Positions 1 through 10,885 of a stretch of DNA of 64,000 nt are shown in pieces. A program made the translations under genes and the position numbers. Numbering within the stretch: the first letter of the stretch is position 1; every line of letters starts with the position of its first letter. The notes beneath the pieces are model-generated. The model made no database searches. It saw nothing but the letters and a program-made list of their open reading frames with translations, and was not told the origin of the DNA. The DNA is from Chara braunii (lineage: Eukaryota; Plantae; Charophyceae), in contig BFEA01000007.1 in NCBI GenBank assembly GCA_003427395.1, positions 4,145,565 through 4,209,564 of the forward strand, in the 5' to 3' direction.

Positions 1-127
1 AAGAAAGAAAGAAGGAAAGAAAGAAAGAAAGAAGAAGAAGAAGAAGAAAAAGAATACCGTACCTTATCAAGTACTGTTGCAGCTTTCTGCAACAACTCTC
101 TCTCTAATCTCTGCGATGTTGTCTCCA

Positions 128-220
<93 letters not shown>
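1..220. repeat. Microsatellites (AAGA/AAG)n, (CT)n, (GT)n
   Basis: Simple repeats at 1-50 and 132-220, read directly. Confidence 0.95.
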
Positions 221-221
<1 letters not shown>

Positions 222-421
222 AGGGCTTCTGCAGATGTTCAAGGCTTGAAGAACGCCGCACACACGTGAAGAGCAGAGCACACAGAGGTGATGATAGGAA
301 CATGAAGCAGAAGGGAGATGGTGAAAACAGAGTGGTTGTAGATGAAGACAACGAAAAACATCAAGGAACGTTAACAACAATGAGCTAAAAGTGGTGTGAA
401 GACAAGTAGGTACCGGTAGGT

Positions 422-995
422 AAAAAAGAAAGAGAGGCTCGGCCTGGACCAACCAAGTGCAGGCCTTGGAAAAAAAGGTACGTGTGGTAAGAAAAAGTAC
501 ATGTGGTAAAGAACCCAAACGAAACGGCACCAGTGGCAGAATAGGCCGAAATGTGGCAAGGAAAGGGAAGACAAAAATGGAGAGGCACAAATTTGGCGGC
601 ACCGGACCTCAACAAAAAAAAGAACCGGTTCTACACAGCGCGTCTTGGAGGGGGAGTGGGGATAGTGGAGGCAGTGGTCGAAACGACGTATGGGGGTCCA
701 GCTTCGTTCAATTTTGAAGAAAAAAAAAAGGCCTCGGACACTTGCGACTGACAAAAGGGACTTGCGAGGAAAAAAAAAAAAAAAGAGGCTCGGCCTACAC
801 CAACCAAGTGCAGGCCTTGGAAAAAAGTTACGTGTAGTATACCAGGCACAATAAGCTGAAATGTCGCAAATAAATGAAAGTCAAAAATGAGAAATTTCAC
901 TGGCACCGGACGCCAAAAAAAAAGGAAGCACGTGGTGGGGCGCGTCTTTGCTGGGGGGGGCGGCGGAAGGGGGGGGAAACAAGCCTCGGACACAA
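422..995. repeat. Degenerate direct duplication (~350 bp unit, second copy shortened)
   Basis: AGAGGCTCGGCCT..CCAACCAAGTGCAGGCCTTGGAAAAAA at ~433 and ~784; GCACCGGAC, GCGCGTCTT and GCCTCGGACAC recur in the same order. Confidence 0.8.
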
Positions 996-1995
996 AAACT
1001 GAGAAAACAGGCTCAGCCTACGTTTACTAAGCACAGGTCTTCGAAAAAAGCAATCTGCGGTCATGCCTCAATGTGACCAGCATATCATCCTTTTGATGGG
1101 TGGGGGGAGAAGGGGGGCCGGCGACCGTTCGGGGGGCCAAAGGGGTCGCACCCTCGGGTTTTAAAACTATGTGTTGAACATGCTTAATTTGCATCGCACC
1201 GCCCCCGAAAATTGTGCACGCAACAAACGAAGAATCCAAGTGACGGGTCGCACTGGCAAAAAAAGGACGGCAATGACAGTTCGGATAACAGATCCGCGCA
1301 CAATCCGAGGAACGCATGTTTATCCGTACTTCTATGACGGTTTGTTATCCAATGTTTTGTTTTGTTTTGTTTTTGTTTTTTTTGTTTTTTTTTGTTTTGT
1401 TTTTTTTTTTCGTGAACCCCTTGTTTTCTTGCCTTTTTTTTTTTTTTTTTTTTTTCCTACCAATCCCACGGTCTCGTTATATATCTCGCCAATCCATGAC
1501 CGTGACCCCGCACCTCCAACAACATCAATGTGTCCGTGAAAACATCACGGTTCACTACTGCGGGCCACAAATAGGTGAAAACAGGTCGTTAGCGCCGCCG
1601 TTTCCACGCAGTAGTGAACTACAATGCTGGGAACTTAAGACCAAAAATTTTCCAGCACACACATGTTGGAAACATGTTGGACCAACGTTGATCACATGTT
1701 GAAAACATGTAGGTCGCATGTTGGTAAACGGTTGGAAACATGGACCCGACCCTTCTAAACGATTGGCCACATCATTTCACGTAATCCCAATGTTCGTTCC
1801 AACTTGTGAGCAAGTTGAAAACTTGATGAAAATTTTCCACAATTTTTATGTTGTTCTAGAGCGAGATGAGCTGTACTTTTGGAATGGAAGCGTGCGGAAC
1901 CCACCGCGAAGTTATATATTTTTCTGATACATCATGAACAACATATTGTGCGGTATGATTTTGTGCCTCCTAATCAATCACGAGATTATTGAGAC

Positions 1996-2848
1996 ATGAA
2001 CCTCGTCGTAGTTCACAAAGCGAATCCAGTTATAGAAGATACTCTTGAGATTAAAGGGATGTTTCTCTATATTATGTTATGGCTAAATGGTCAGCAAGGT
2101 CCATTCAGTCTGCTTCATCATGTGAGACGGGTACGAACGAATAGATGTACCGTTTTGCGCTCTGAACGTTTTGATATCATCACTTTTGATGACGAGGCTT
2201 GTGAGATCTGTGAACGTCTCTTTTAACTGACGACTCCTTCGGGTGTGCAGATGACTAGCGGACGACAGGATCTCACTCAGGCAAGATATCTGCTGGTTCT
2301 CGACACTATGGATGAGGAGCTGATTCAGCGTGCAAAGCGACTTTTACTTGTTCAGGATGATGTACCCACTCATTGGGTTTATTTTGTTGGATTGCTTAAA
2401 GATGGGCAAGGATTTTTTCCTGACTCGCTCGAGGATGTTCGTGCCAATGTGGCCCGACTCCCGGGAAAATTTCATGAATATACTTTGTATTTTCATCGTG
2501 CGAGTAACCTCCAATGTCTTTCTCAAATCATTGTGAGTGTTACAATTACCCTATCTAGAGAGGGCTACGACGTCATTCGGGTTATGGACACTACGACTAG
2601 GCACCTTTTTCGAATAGGACAACCGTTTCGTCTCGCGGATGGTTTCCTTCTATGGTACGCGGGTGGTTCAGATCATGTGGGGTGGACGCATGATCACCTT
2701 AACTTTTGACGACGAGGAGTTCGCACGACTCGACCAGATTGAAGCAGAGGTCCACGAGGGCCNACAACTCTATATCGGCTATACGGTCGTTGAATGGTAT
2801 TCAGGTGCCACGTTGAGTTGTCCATATGATAGAGTCGTGTTTATATGA
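1996..2848 (+). pseudogene. Disrupted ORF of unknown family (~280 codons)
   Basis: ORFs 1996-2226 and 2245-2709 share a frame and are separated by one TAA; 2639-2848 continues in another frame; non-repetitive, protein-like composition; no family recognised. Confidence 0.35.
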
Positions 2849-3694
2849 CTGTGCAAGGGTAACAATAAATAAATAAATACAAAATTGTAGATAGGACCAA
2901 CCAGATGGATAATATATGGATTGCCCTGATGATTGCACTATCATGCTTATGCATTGAGGGGTAATCAAACGCATGAACATTAAAAGCAAGTTGGTTGATA
3001 TGAGGCGATAACTTTTACAGTAGGCCGGAATCAGAAAAAATGTCGAGTTTCTGAGAAAGTCATTGATCATCATGTTAATGGTGAAAACAATGGGGAGTTG
3101 AACATTAAATAATCAGATGGCAAAAATAGATGTTTCATCTCTTAGGGAACGGAAAGAGTAATTATTGTCTAGGAGGACAAAGCGACCAACAAAATTTATT
3201 CACTCCTACATGTAAATTGAATATGATTAAGGAGATGTGGTCAAACCGAGAGTTCAAACTTCGGTCAGGGGCTAGATCACTTGTTGATCTTCATGGTAGG
3301 AGTGAAATTTACTTGCAAAAGTTATTTATGGCAAGGTTTAGTAGGTGTGATGCTCGGATGATTTCGCCTGACTTTCCTTCAATGGTAGTCTTTCGCATTG
3401 GAGATGGCGATATAAAAGTTTTTTCAGTCATATGTGTTAGGAAGAATAACTTCGGCAATTCAGCTCATCAAGTCAAGAACTGGATCTTGCGTGATTGTGA
3501 TATAAGGTATATGAATTTTATTGTCATGTTGTCAAAAATTTGTCAAAGGACTAGGATCGTATTTAAGGGTTTCATGCTTGGTTGAGACCGTCCTAGTCGA
3601 CCAACATACACTCCGTACTTAGGAGATCGGCGTCCTAAGGAAAGGACGGCGTTCGAGTCCACTCGGTCCTTAATCAAGGATTTCCTACACTGTA

Positions 3695-3900
3695 ACGAGA
3701 TGAGTAAATGCCCTCGGCTGATCTACCTATGCGATTGCATCTAAAAACTTTTGTACGTGGGTCAGTAGCTTGGTAGGGATACGCCCCTAAAGGTGGTGAC
3801 AACCCCTTAGGAAAGGAAAGTTTATGCCCCGAGGAAACCTATCTTGTCGTGGGGGACCGGGGAATGTACAGTTCGCGCACCCAACTAGAGCGGCGAAAGG
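3695..3900 (+). ncRNA. Structured repeat motif, copy A (putative cis-acting RNA)
   Basis: ACCTATGCGATTGCA...GTAGCT...GGGATACG...GGTGGTGACAACCCC...GCGCAC; homologous to copies near 6.3, 7.2, 10.8, 31.6 and 56.4 kb, with stems preserved. Confidence 0.5.
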
Positions 3901-5329
3901 ACGATGCAACCTCGCCCGTCTCGGCGGCTCGCGGAGTTATCTTGTGTCATTCCCGAATTGTCTCTGTGTTTATTTATGTGTGATATGGTCGGGAAGGCTC
4001 CCACACTTTGCAAAAAGGCCGGAACCGATGCGAGCGACAACGACACCTCCCTCGCTCAAGTTAAGATGTTACTAATAAAGGTGTTGAGTTCATGAAGTGG
4101 TTGTAAACCACGGAGGGAGAATAGTTGACGCATATATGGGTGATAGCGGTCATATATTGAGAGTGACCGAGAGATGCATGCTTCCTGAAGTCAATAACAT
4201 TTACGTTCTCATTCGACTCTCTTTACAGGTTTTCCTGTCAACTTCACTCCCGTCATGACGACATGAAGAAGTACAAGCAGCTGAGAACACGATCAGTGCG
4301 TGCTTGAAAAGGGAGTCAGATTTTCATTGAATGCATGGTTAACATCGTCTGCACCAGCACCCTACCTTAATTGGTGTCCAAGCGATGATGAACTTCATTT
4401 CCGCTTGTGCTTTCATCAGTAAAGAAGGAAGAGGGATTGAGTCATGTGTTGTCCACAGGATGACATAGCAAATATAGAGGACGACATTGTGAGTTACGAG
4501 TAGAGTAACCTAAGAGCAATTTTTTTTTCCATGAAGTATAAACAAGGTATGATTAATAACACACGAATCACGCAAGTCATTCTTTCGTGAACATATTATG
4601 CGAGAATTTTTTCATTTACATCACATTTATTGCCTAAACCATAGTAATGTATATATGGATATTGACACACTGCAAGATTGTCATTGGTGGCAAGAAAGAG
4701 GGATACGATTCTCAATATGCGGGTATGCTATGACAGTGTATTAGCTAGTTGTGTGAGTGTCTTGGAGGTTAAGTTCTTTTCGGGATGCAAGTGAGAATTG
4801 AAGTTTTTTCCTTTTCTTTTCTTGGACATTATTTGTTTCTTCTAACGGATTTTATTGCCGCTACTGTTACTAACATCCTTATCAGGTAGAAGTGGGGGAC
4901 ACAATGAGCAAATGAGGTACCTGTTGGCATGCGAGAATTGCATTTGCCCAGTATTTATCTTCAAGTTATGAAGACACGACTATTAAATATTAACGGTGAG
5001 TAAGAAGTCGTGAAGTCAAGCCTTAGAGTGATCATGAGTTGAAATGGGAATTTGGTTGATGTCATTGTGAAGCTAAGTTACTCTCGCATCACCGTCTGGG
5101 AAACAATCGTCCCTTGGTTATTCCATATATCCTACATCACCTGAGTAGCGAACTGATTAGATTATTAAGAGTTATCACCTTCCCTCATTTATCTTGTCTT
5201 TGTCTTGAGTTACTCAATATTAATTCGTTTGCATTGACTTTGCTTAAGATTATGCTCTCTATTGATCTTGTCATAGTTCTCAAATTCTCAAATGGGCAAC
5301 CTTGATATATGCATAGTATATTTAAATTC

Positions 5330-6304
5330 TATAATTTATTATTTGTGTGATCATTGTTGTTCTGAATCATAATCAAAGATTCATAAGACCGGGGACCGAG
5401 GAAGACTGCAATTGACGGGTATCGCTCTAAGAAAGACTCACACAACAGAAAGGGATTTAGATTATCTAATTTATTTATTTATTGCAAAATTCATCAAAAT
5501 CTTGTGTGACAGCGTGTTGGCTTTCTAGTTGTCAGAAGTGGCCTGACTATAAAAAAGTGCGACACCACACGATATCTATTTTCAATCTTGCATGAGACAC
5601 CCAATTGTTTTTTATGTCAAAAAGGTTATGGGACGGTTACGAAAAAGGACTAGGCGCAATTTGCGTATGAGAGAGTTGGTTTTATTTTAGCAAGGTGTAT
5701 TGTATGGTTACATGGATCGTCCTAGTCGACCGGCGCTGAGTTTCGCTTGGGACATTAGCCCCAGAATATCGACTCCCGTACGGGTCTTATTAAGATGTTC
5801 AACCGCTCGTACCCCCTATAATTTATTATTTGTATGATCATTGTTGTTCCGAATCATAATCAAAGATTCATAAGACCGGCGACCGAGGAAGACTGCAATT
5901 GACGGGTCTCACTCGAAGAAAGACTCACACAACAGAAAGGGATTTGCATTGTCTAATTTATTTATTTATTACAAAATTCATCAAAATCCTGTGTGACCGT
6001 GTCGACTTTCTGGTTGTCATAACTGGCCTGACTTGAAAAAAGTGCGACAACACACGATATGTATTTTCAATCTCGCATGTAACACCCAATTGTTTTCTAT
6101 GTCAAAAAGGTTATGGGCCGGTTACGAAAAAGGACTAGGCGCAATTTGCGTATGAGAGAGTTGGTTTTATTTTAGCAAGGTGTATTGTATGGTTACATGG
6201 ATCGTCCTTGTCAACCAGCGCCGAGTCTCGCTTGGGGCATTAGCCCCAGAATGTCGACTCCCGTACGGGTCTGATTCAGATGTTCAACCACCCGTACCCC
6301 CTAT
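5330..6304. repeat. Tandem duplication, 2 x ~487 bp
   Basis: TATAATTTATTATTTG..GATCATTGTTGTTC starts at 5330 and 5817; the copies align throughout and end at CGTACCCCCTAT. Confidence 0.92.
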
Positions 6305-6319
6305 GTTACTATGTTGCAA

Positions 6320-6510
6320 CGTACGAGAAACGTTCTCAGCTAGACCACCTCTGCAATTGCAACTGAGCAGCTTTCGCAGGTGGTTCGATAGCTCGGCAGG
6401 GATACGTCCGTCTTGGGTAAAGGTAAGTTGTGCCTCACCAGACCTCTATTCTGTCGTAGGGGCTCGCGAGAGGTACGGTTGGCGCACTCGGCCAGAACGA
6501 CAAAAGCTCC
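6320..6510 (+). ncRNA. Structured repeat motif, copy B (GUGA hairpin deleted)
   Basis: Colinear with copy F (56400-56610) except that the TCAAGGGTGGTGACAGCCC segment is absent. Confidence 0.5.
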
Positions 6511-6848
6511 ATTGTGAAAAAAACATGAAAACATCATGTGTGACACGGTCGGGAGGGTCCCCCTGTGGGATCAGTGCGCTCGACAACACCATAAAAAGTG
6601 CAGACCCAGAGTAGGTAAAATGAAGTGGTAATGCTTTCTTAGGGATAAGGTGCAACCTTGAGAATGCTTTGAGTGTCCTCGAGGGAGAGGGAGAGAGACT
6701 CATTCAGACGGGTGCAGGTAAGTGGGTCGTTCGGGATAGAATGAGATGCCTTGGGAAGTGGCTAAGTTCATTGAGCCTTGTTTTTCCTTCGTTCTCACTA
6801 TTTTTTTCCCTCATCGCCCGTTGTTTTTTCCTTAAAAAAAACATGCAC

Positions 6849-7086
6849 TCAAAGGAAACCAACGGAGTCCCATATCGTTATTCGAACAAGCAAAATTTTG
6901 TCTCACTTTCGCAAGTGTCTTTCTTACTTACCTGCACACCACACAAACGACGCAATCAAAGAAAACCAACGGAGTCCTATATTATCATTCAAACAAGCAT
7001 AATTTTGTCTCACTTTAGCAAGTATCCTTCTTACTTACCTGCATACCACACAAACAACGCAATCAAAGGAAACCAACGGAGTCCCA
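6849..7086. repeat. Tandem repeat, ~108 bp unit, ~2.2 copies
   Basis: AAACCAACGGAGTCC occurs three times about 108 bp apart, with aligned intervening sequence. Confidence 0.9.
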
Positions 7087-7199
7087 CAATCAAGTCAGAC
7101 TTACTTTTTCACCCATGCATGACGTCGACAACTTCACTCTAACTTTTATTATGAACATTCAAAGCAAAAAGGGTGAAGTACGACTGGTGCACATGGCTA

Positions 7200-7290
7200 G
7201 AACGGAAGGTAAGTTGTGCCTCGCGGGAACCTATCATGTCATAGGGGACGACGAAAAGTACGACTGGCGCACCCGGCTAGAACGGCAAGG
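7200..7290 (+). ncRNA. Structured repeat motif, partial copy C (3' half only)
   Basis: GGTAAGTTGTGCCTC..CCTAT..ATAGGGG..GTACGACTGGCGCACCCGGCTAGAACGGC. Confidence 0.45.
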
Positions 7291-7339
7291 TGACAACGAA
7301 ACAACCCCCGTTTCAGCGATTCACGGGATTACTTATACG

Positions 7340-7566
7340 TTGGGTGTACTCCAATGTGAGTTACTCGGCTGATTGACTGAACCTATGTAATGATTGGTAT
7401 TCGAAAAGTAATGGAATACTTCGGTGCAAGTTATTTCACTACTTGTGTGACCTAATGTTATGTGCATTACATAGTTGTTGACAAGAGGAATGAGGACTCC
7501 AGCGTGAGTCATCATGCCACTTGACTATGTGTCATTCGTTTATATATATGTTTGTATATGTATATA

Positions 7567-7598
<32 letters not shown>

Positions 7599-9470
7599 CC
7601 AATTATCTTATGGTATACGAATAGTGAAATAACTCCCGTGTAAGTTATTTTACTGATCGCTTTCATGTCGAACCAAGTAGTAGGAGGCTTTAGTGAAGGT
7701 CGCCATAATACTTGTTAGACCCTATGATGATTATCATTGAAAGGTGAATGAAATGCACGTGATTGGAATTAAGATACTCAACCTCGAGTTATCTTGTTAC
7801 TCGCTTGCGTATGTTTAAAGTCTATACAAATATATGAAGTTGATAAATTACTGACTAAGTACAAATGCTTATCTAGATACTGAACGAGTAGTATGATAAT
7901 TCAATGATTGAAGGGTCATCCTGCTACTTATTTGAATGTTAGACGATGCGTTATTCAAAACTATAGTAGGAGGCTTCAATGAGGGTCATCCTACTCCTAG
8001 CTTGAACTTAAACTAACTAGTGTTAAAATAGTAGTGGGATATTTTAGTATGAGTTATCTTTCTATTTGTTTTCTGTCTGTTTACTTGTCCTAAACTTGTC
8101 TAATGCAGAACGGGTAGTAGGATATTTCAGTTAGGGTCATCCTATTACTTGTTAAGCTACAAGGAGTAGTGAGGGGCACAAGTGAGGGTCATCGTGTTAC
8201 TTATTTGAAATTTAAACTAATTAGTTTTGATTAAGCAGTATCCTACTACTTGTTTTGTGTTCGCATTCATAAAGATCTGTTAGTTTGATATTGAACGAGT
8301 AGTAGGATACTCCATTGTGGTTCAACCTATTACATGTTCGAGGATCTGACTTATTAATATTCAAGCGATAAAGGGTTTCAGTGAGGGTCATCATATTGTT
8401 TATTTTAATCTAAATTAAATTGTGGTAAAAGAGTGGTGAGGACTTCTTTATAAGACATCTTACTATTTGTTTCCTGTCTGTTTACTTGCTCACAATCAGT
8501 CTAATGTCAAAATAGTAGTAGGATACTATAGTGAGGATCATCGTATTATTTATTTGGAGATTAAGCTACTTATTGTCCAAGAAGTAGGAGGAGGCTCCAT
8601 TGAGGGTCATCAGATTACTTACTTGAATCCAAACTGACTAGTGTTGACAAAGTAGTAGGATACTCCAGTGAGAGTTTTTCTACTACTTACTTGTTGTCTA
8701 TTAAAATAAACTTACTTGAACGGATATTAAGATACTCAAGTGCGGGTCATCCTATTACACTTTCGACGTTAAACTGCGTGTTATTCAAGGGTAGTGAGAG
8801 GCTCGAGTGAGGGTCATCTTATTACTAGTTTGAAGTTTATATTCATCTACAATGTAATAGGATATAATTTGCTTACCGAATGTTAAAAAAAATGGTAGAA
8901 CGCTCCAAAGTAATTTATCCAAGTGTTTGTTTTGTAATTGTCGGTAGTGGGACACTCCAATGTGAGTTATTATACTACTTATATGAATCATCTGTGTATA
9001 AGTTTATTTATTGTTACCCTATAGTTCGTTTGCATGTGTATTAAAATGAATTGAGAGGGTGGTTGAATGCTTCAGTGTGAGTTATTCAGCTACTTGTTTG
9101 AATATAGATTGTCTGAAATTGATAGGTACCGAAAAATTTCAGTTTAAATCGATACGCTACTTGCGTATGTCAGATTAAGAAAAACCAAGATAAATAAAAA
9201 TAAGGTTGTGAGCTATCCAATTGTTTGTTTTGTATTGGTCGGTAGCGAGATACTCCGGTGTGAGTTATCTTACTATTTATATGAATCGTTTATGTATAAT
9301 TTATCTATTTTTATCCTACGGTTTGTTTGCGTATGGATTGAAAGGAATTGAAAGGGTGGTTGGATGTTTCCGTGTGAGTTATCCCACTACTTGTTTGAAT
9401 ATAAATTGCCTATAATTGATCAGTAATGGAAGATTGTGGTGTGAATCGATCCACTAATTGCGTAAGTCAG
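7340..9470 (+). repeat. Degenerate array of ~25 palindromic ~40 bp units (hairpin array 1)
   Basis: Consensus about AGTAGTAGGATACTYCAGTGAGRGTCATCCTACTACTT, e.g. 8112-8150 and 8650-8688; 20-70 bp linkers with higher-order (~200 and ~300 bp) periodicity; interrupted by (TA)n at 7540-7598. Confidence 0.85.
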
Positions 9471-10749
9471 ATTAAGAAGAACCAAAAAAAAATAAAAAAA
9501 GGTATTTCAGTAGGGAATACCTTTATGTGTTAAAAAAAAAAAANAAAGGAAAGGTCAAAGCCGTGAAAAAATAATAATAATAAAAAAAACGCTTTGTAAA
9601 CAGATTCCACTTGTGGACTCTAAAATCATTTGAATGGAGGCTCAAGTTAGAGACAGACTGTATAGAGAGGTTTATGAAGGAGAATTATGGTTTGAGCTTT
9701 TTGATGTTAAAACTGAAACTTACAATCATTATTTGAGGATTCGACCCTCATAAAACAATGTGTAAAAAGTGAAAGTGAGAATGTTGAGTTTTGTCGACAT
9801 GTGTGTGTGTAGGTCGGTGTCATACTGCATTGAGGAAGGATATATAAAAAGGATCCCCACAAATTGCAATTGTCTATTATATTTCGGTAACAAGTTGGTT
9901 TTTACCATTTGAACTATTCCCCTGACTTGATACCTCTACCTAAAGACAAACCTTGTAGTCAAATAAATTGTTTTTTTGTGTTCAACACCTGAATATCTTA
10001 GTCGCTCTTAGAGATCCTTTGAAATTAAATGAGGGGGCCGGGTTTAATGAGTCTCAGGAAAAATAGTGTTGCTAAGCATGGTTTGGGGAAGTCAGAGACA
10101 TGTCAATGGTGCGGATAGGAAGTTGACTCTCGTTAACATATGACATGTATTTTGTCTTCTACATCTTTTATGCAGACATTGTGGTATGCATTTCTTTGAC
10201 GTTGGACTTGGACTGGCTTGATCGTGTTAACAGTTGTTCAGACACATCACAAATGTTTCACTAGTATTACCCCTTGTGTTATCTTTCTACGATCTTATGT
10301 ATAAGTGTCTCTATTTGCCATACGTTAAAATGTGTGTATCAAATAGTGATAAAATACACTCAAAAAAATAAATAAAAGTATATATATATATATATATATA
10401 TATTTAAAATAACGAGTTACTTGTAAAATTTATATAGCAGGACGATTAGGTCCGCCACAAGTATATTCATATTTCATTTAGCGAAACCCCTGTAACCGTT
10501 TAATTTTCATAAAGGATATACTAGAAGAGTAATTTTTCTTTCGGCGTGAGTCGTGAAAAGGAAAGATCTGCAACCCTCATAACTGTGGGGTTTAATAGAT
10601 CACCCTTCGATTCCAATGGTCCATGTTTGATCGTCCGTGAAAAGGTCGACCTGAGAAATTAAGTCGATTTAGGAGAACAACGCCCCAAAGTTTGATGTTC
10701 AAATGAGTCAGTCTTAGACATCCCACCGCGTTTAACCTATGCTATGACG

Positions 10750-10885
10750 ATCGAGCAAAACGCCCTCGACTGACTTACCTCTGCGATTGCAAGTAAAACC
10801 TTCACACGCGAGTCAGTAGCTCAACAGGGATATGCCTACCTAAGGGTGGTGACAACCCCTCAGGTAGAGAGTTGTACCTCGCGGA
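10750..10885 (+). ncRNA. Structured repeat motif, copy D (3'-truncated)
   Basis: ACCTCTGCGATTGCAA...GTAGCTC..GGGATA..CTACCTAAGGGTGGTGACAACCCCTCAGGTAG. Confidence 0.5.

Noticed and set aside
7340-9470. CRISPR array
   Set aside because: Repeats are highly degenerate, linkers are homologous to each other in a higher-order pattern, no cas genes are present, and the context is eukaryotic
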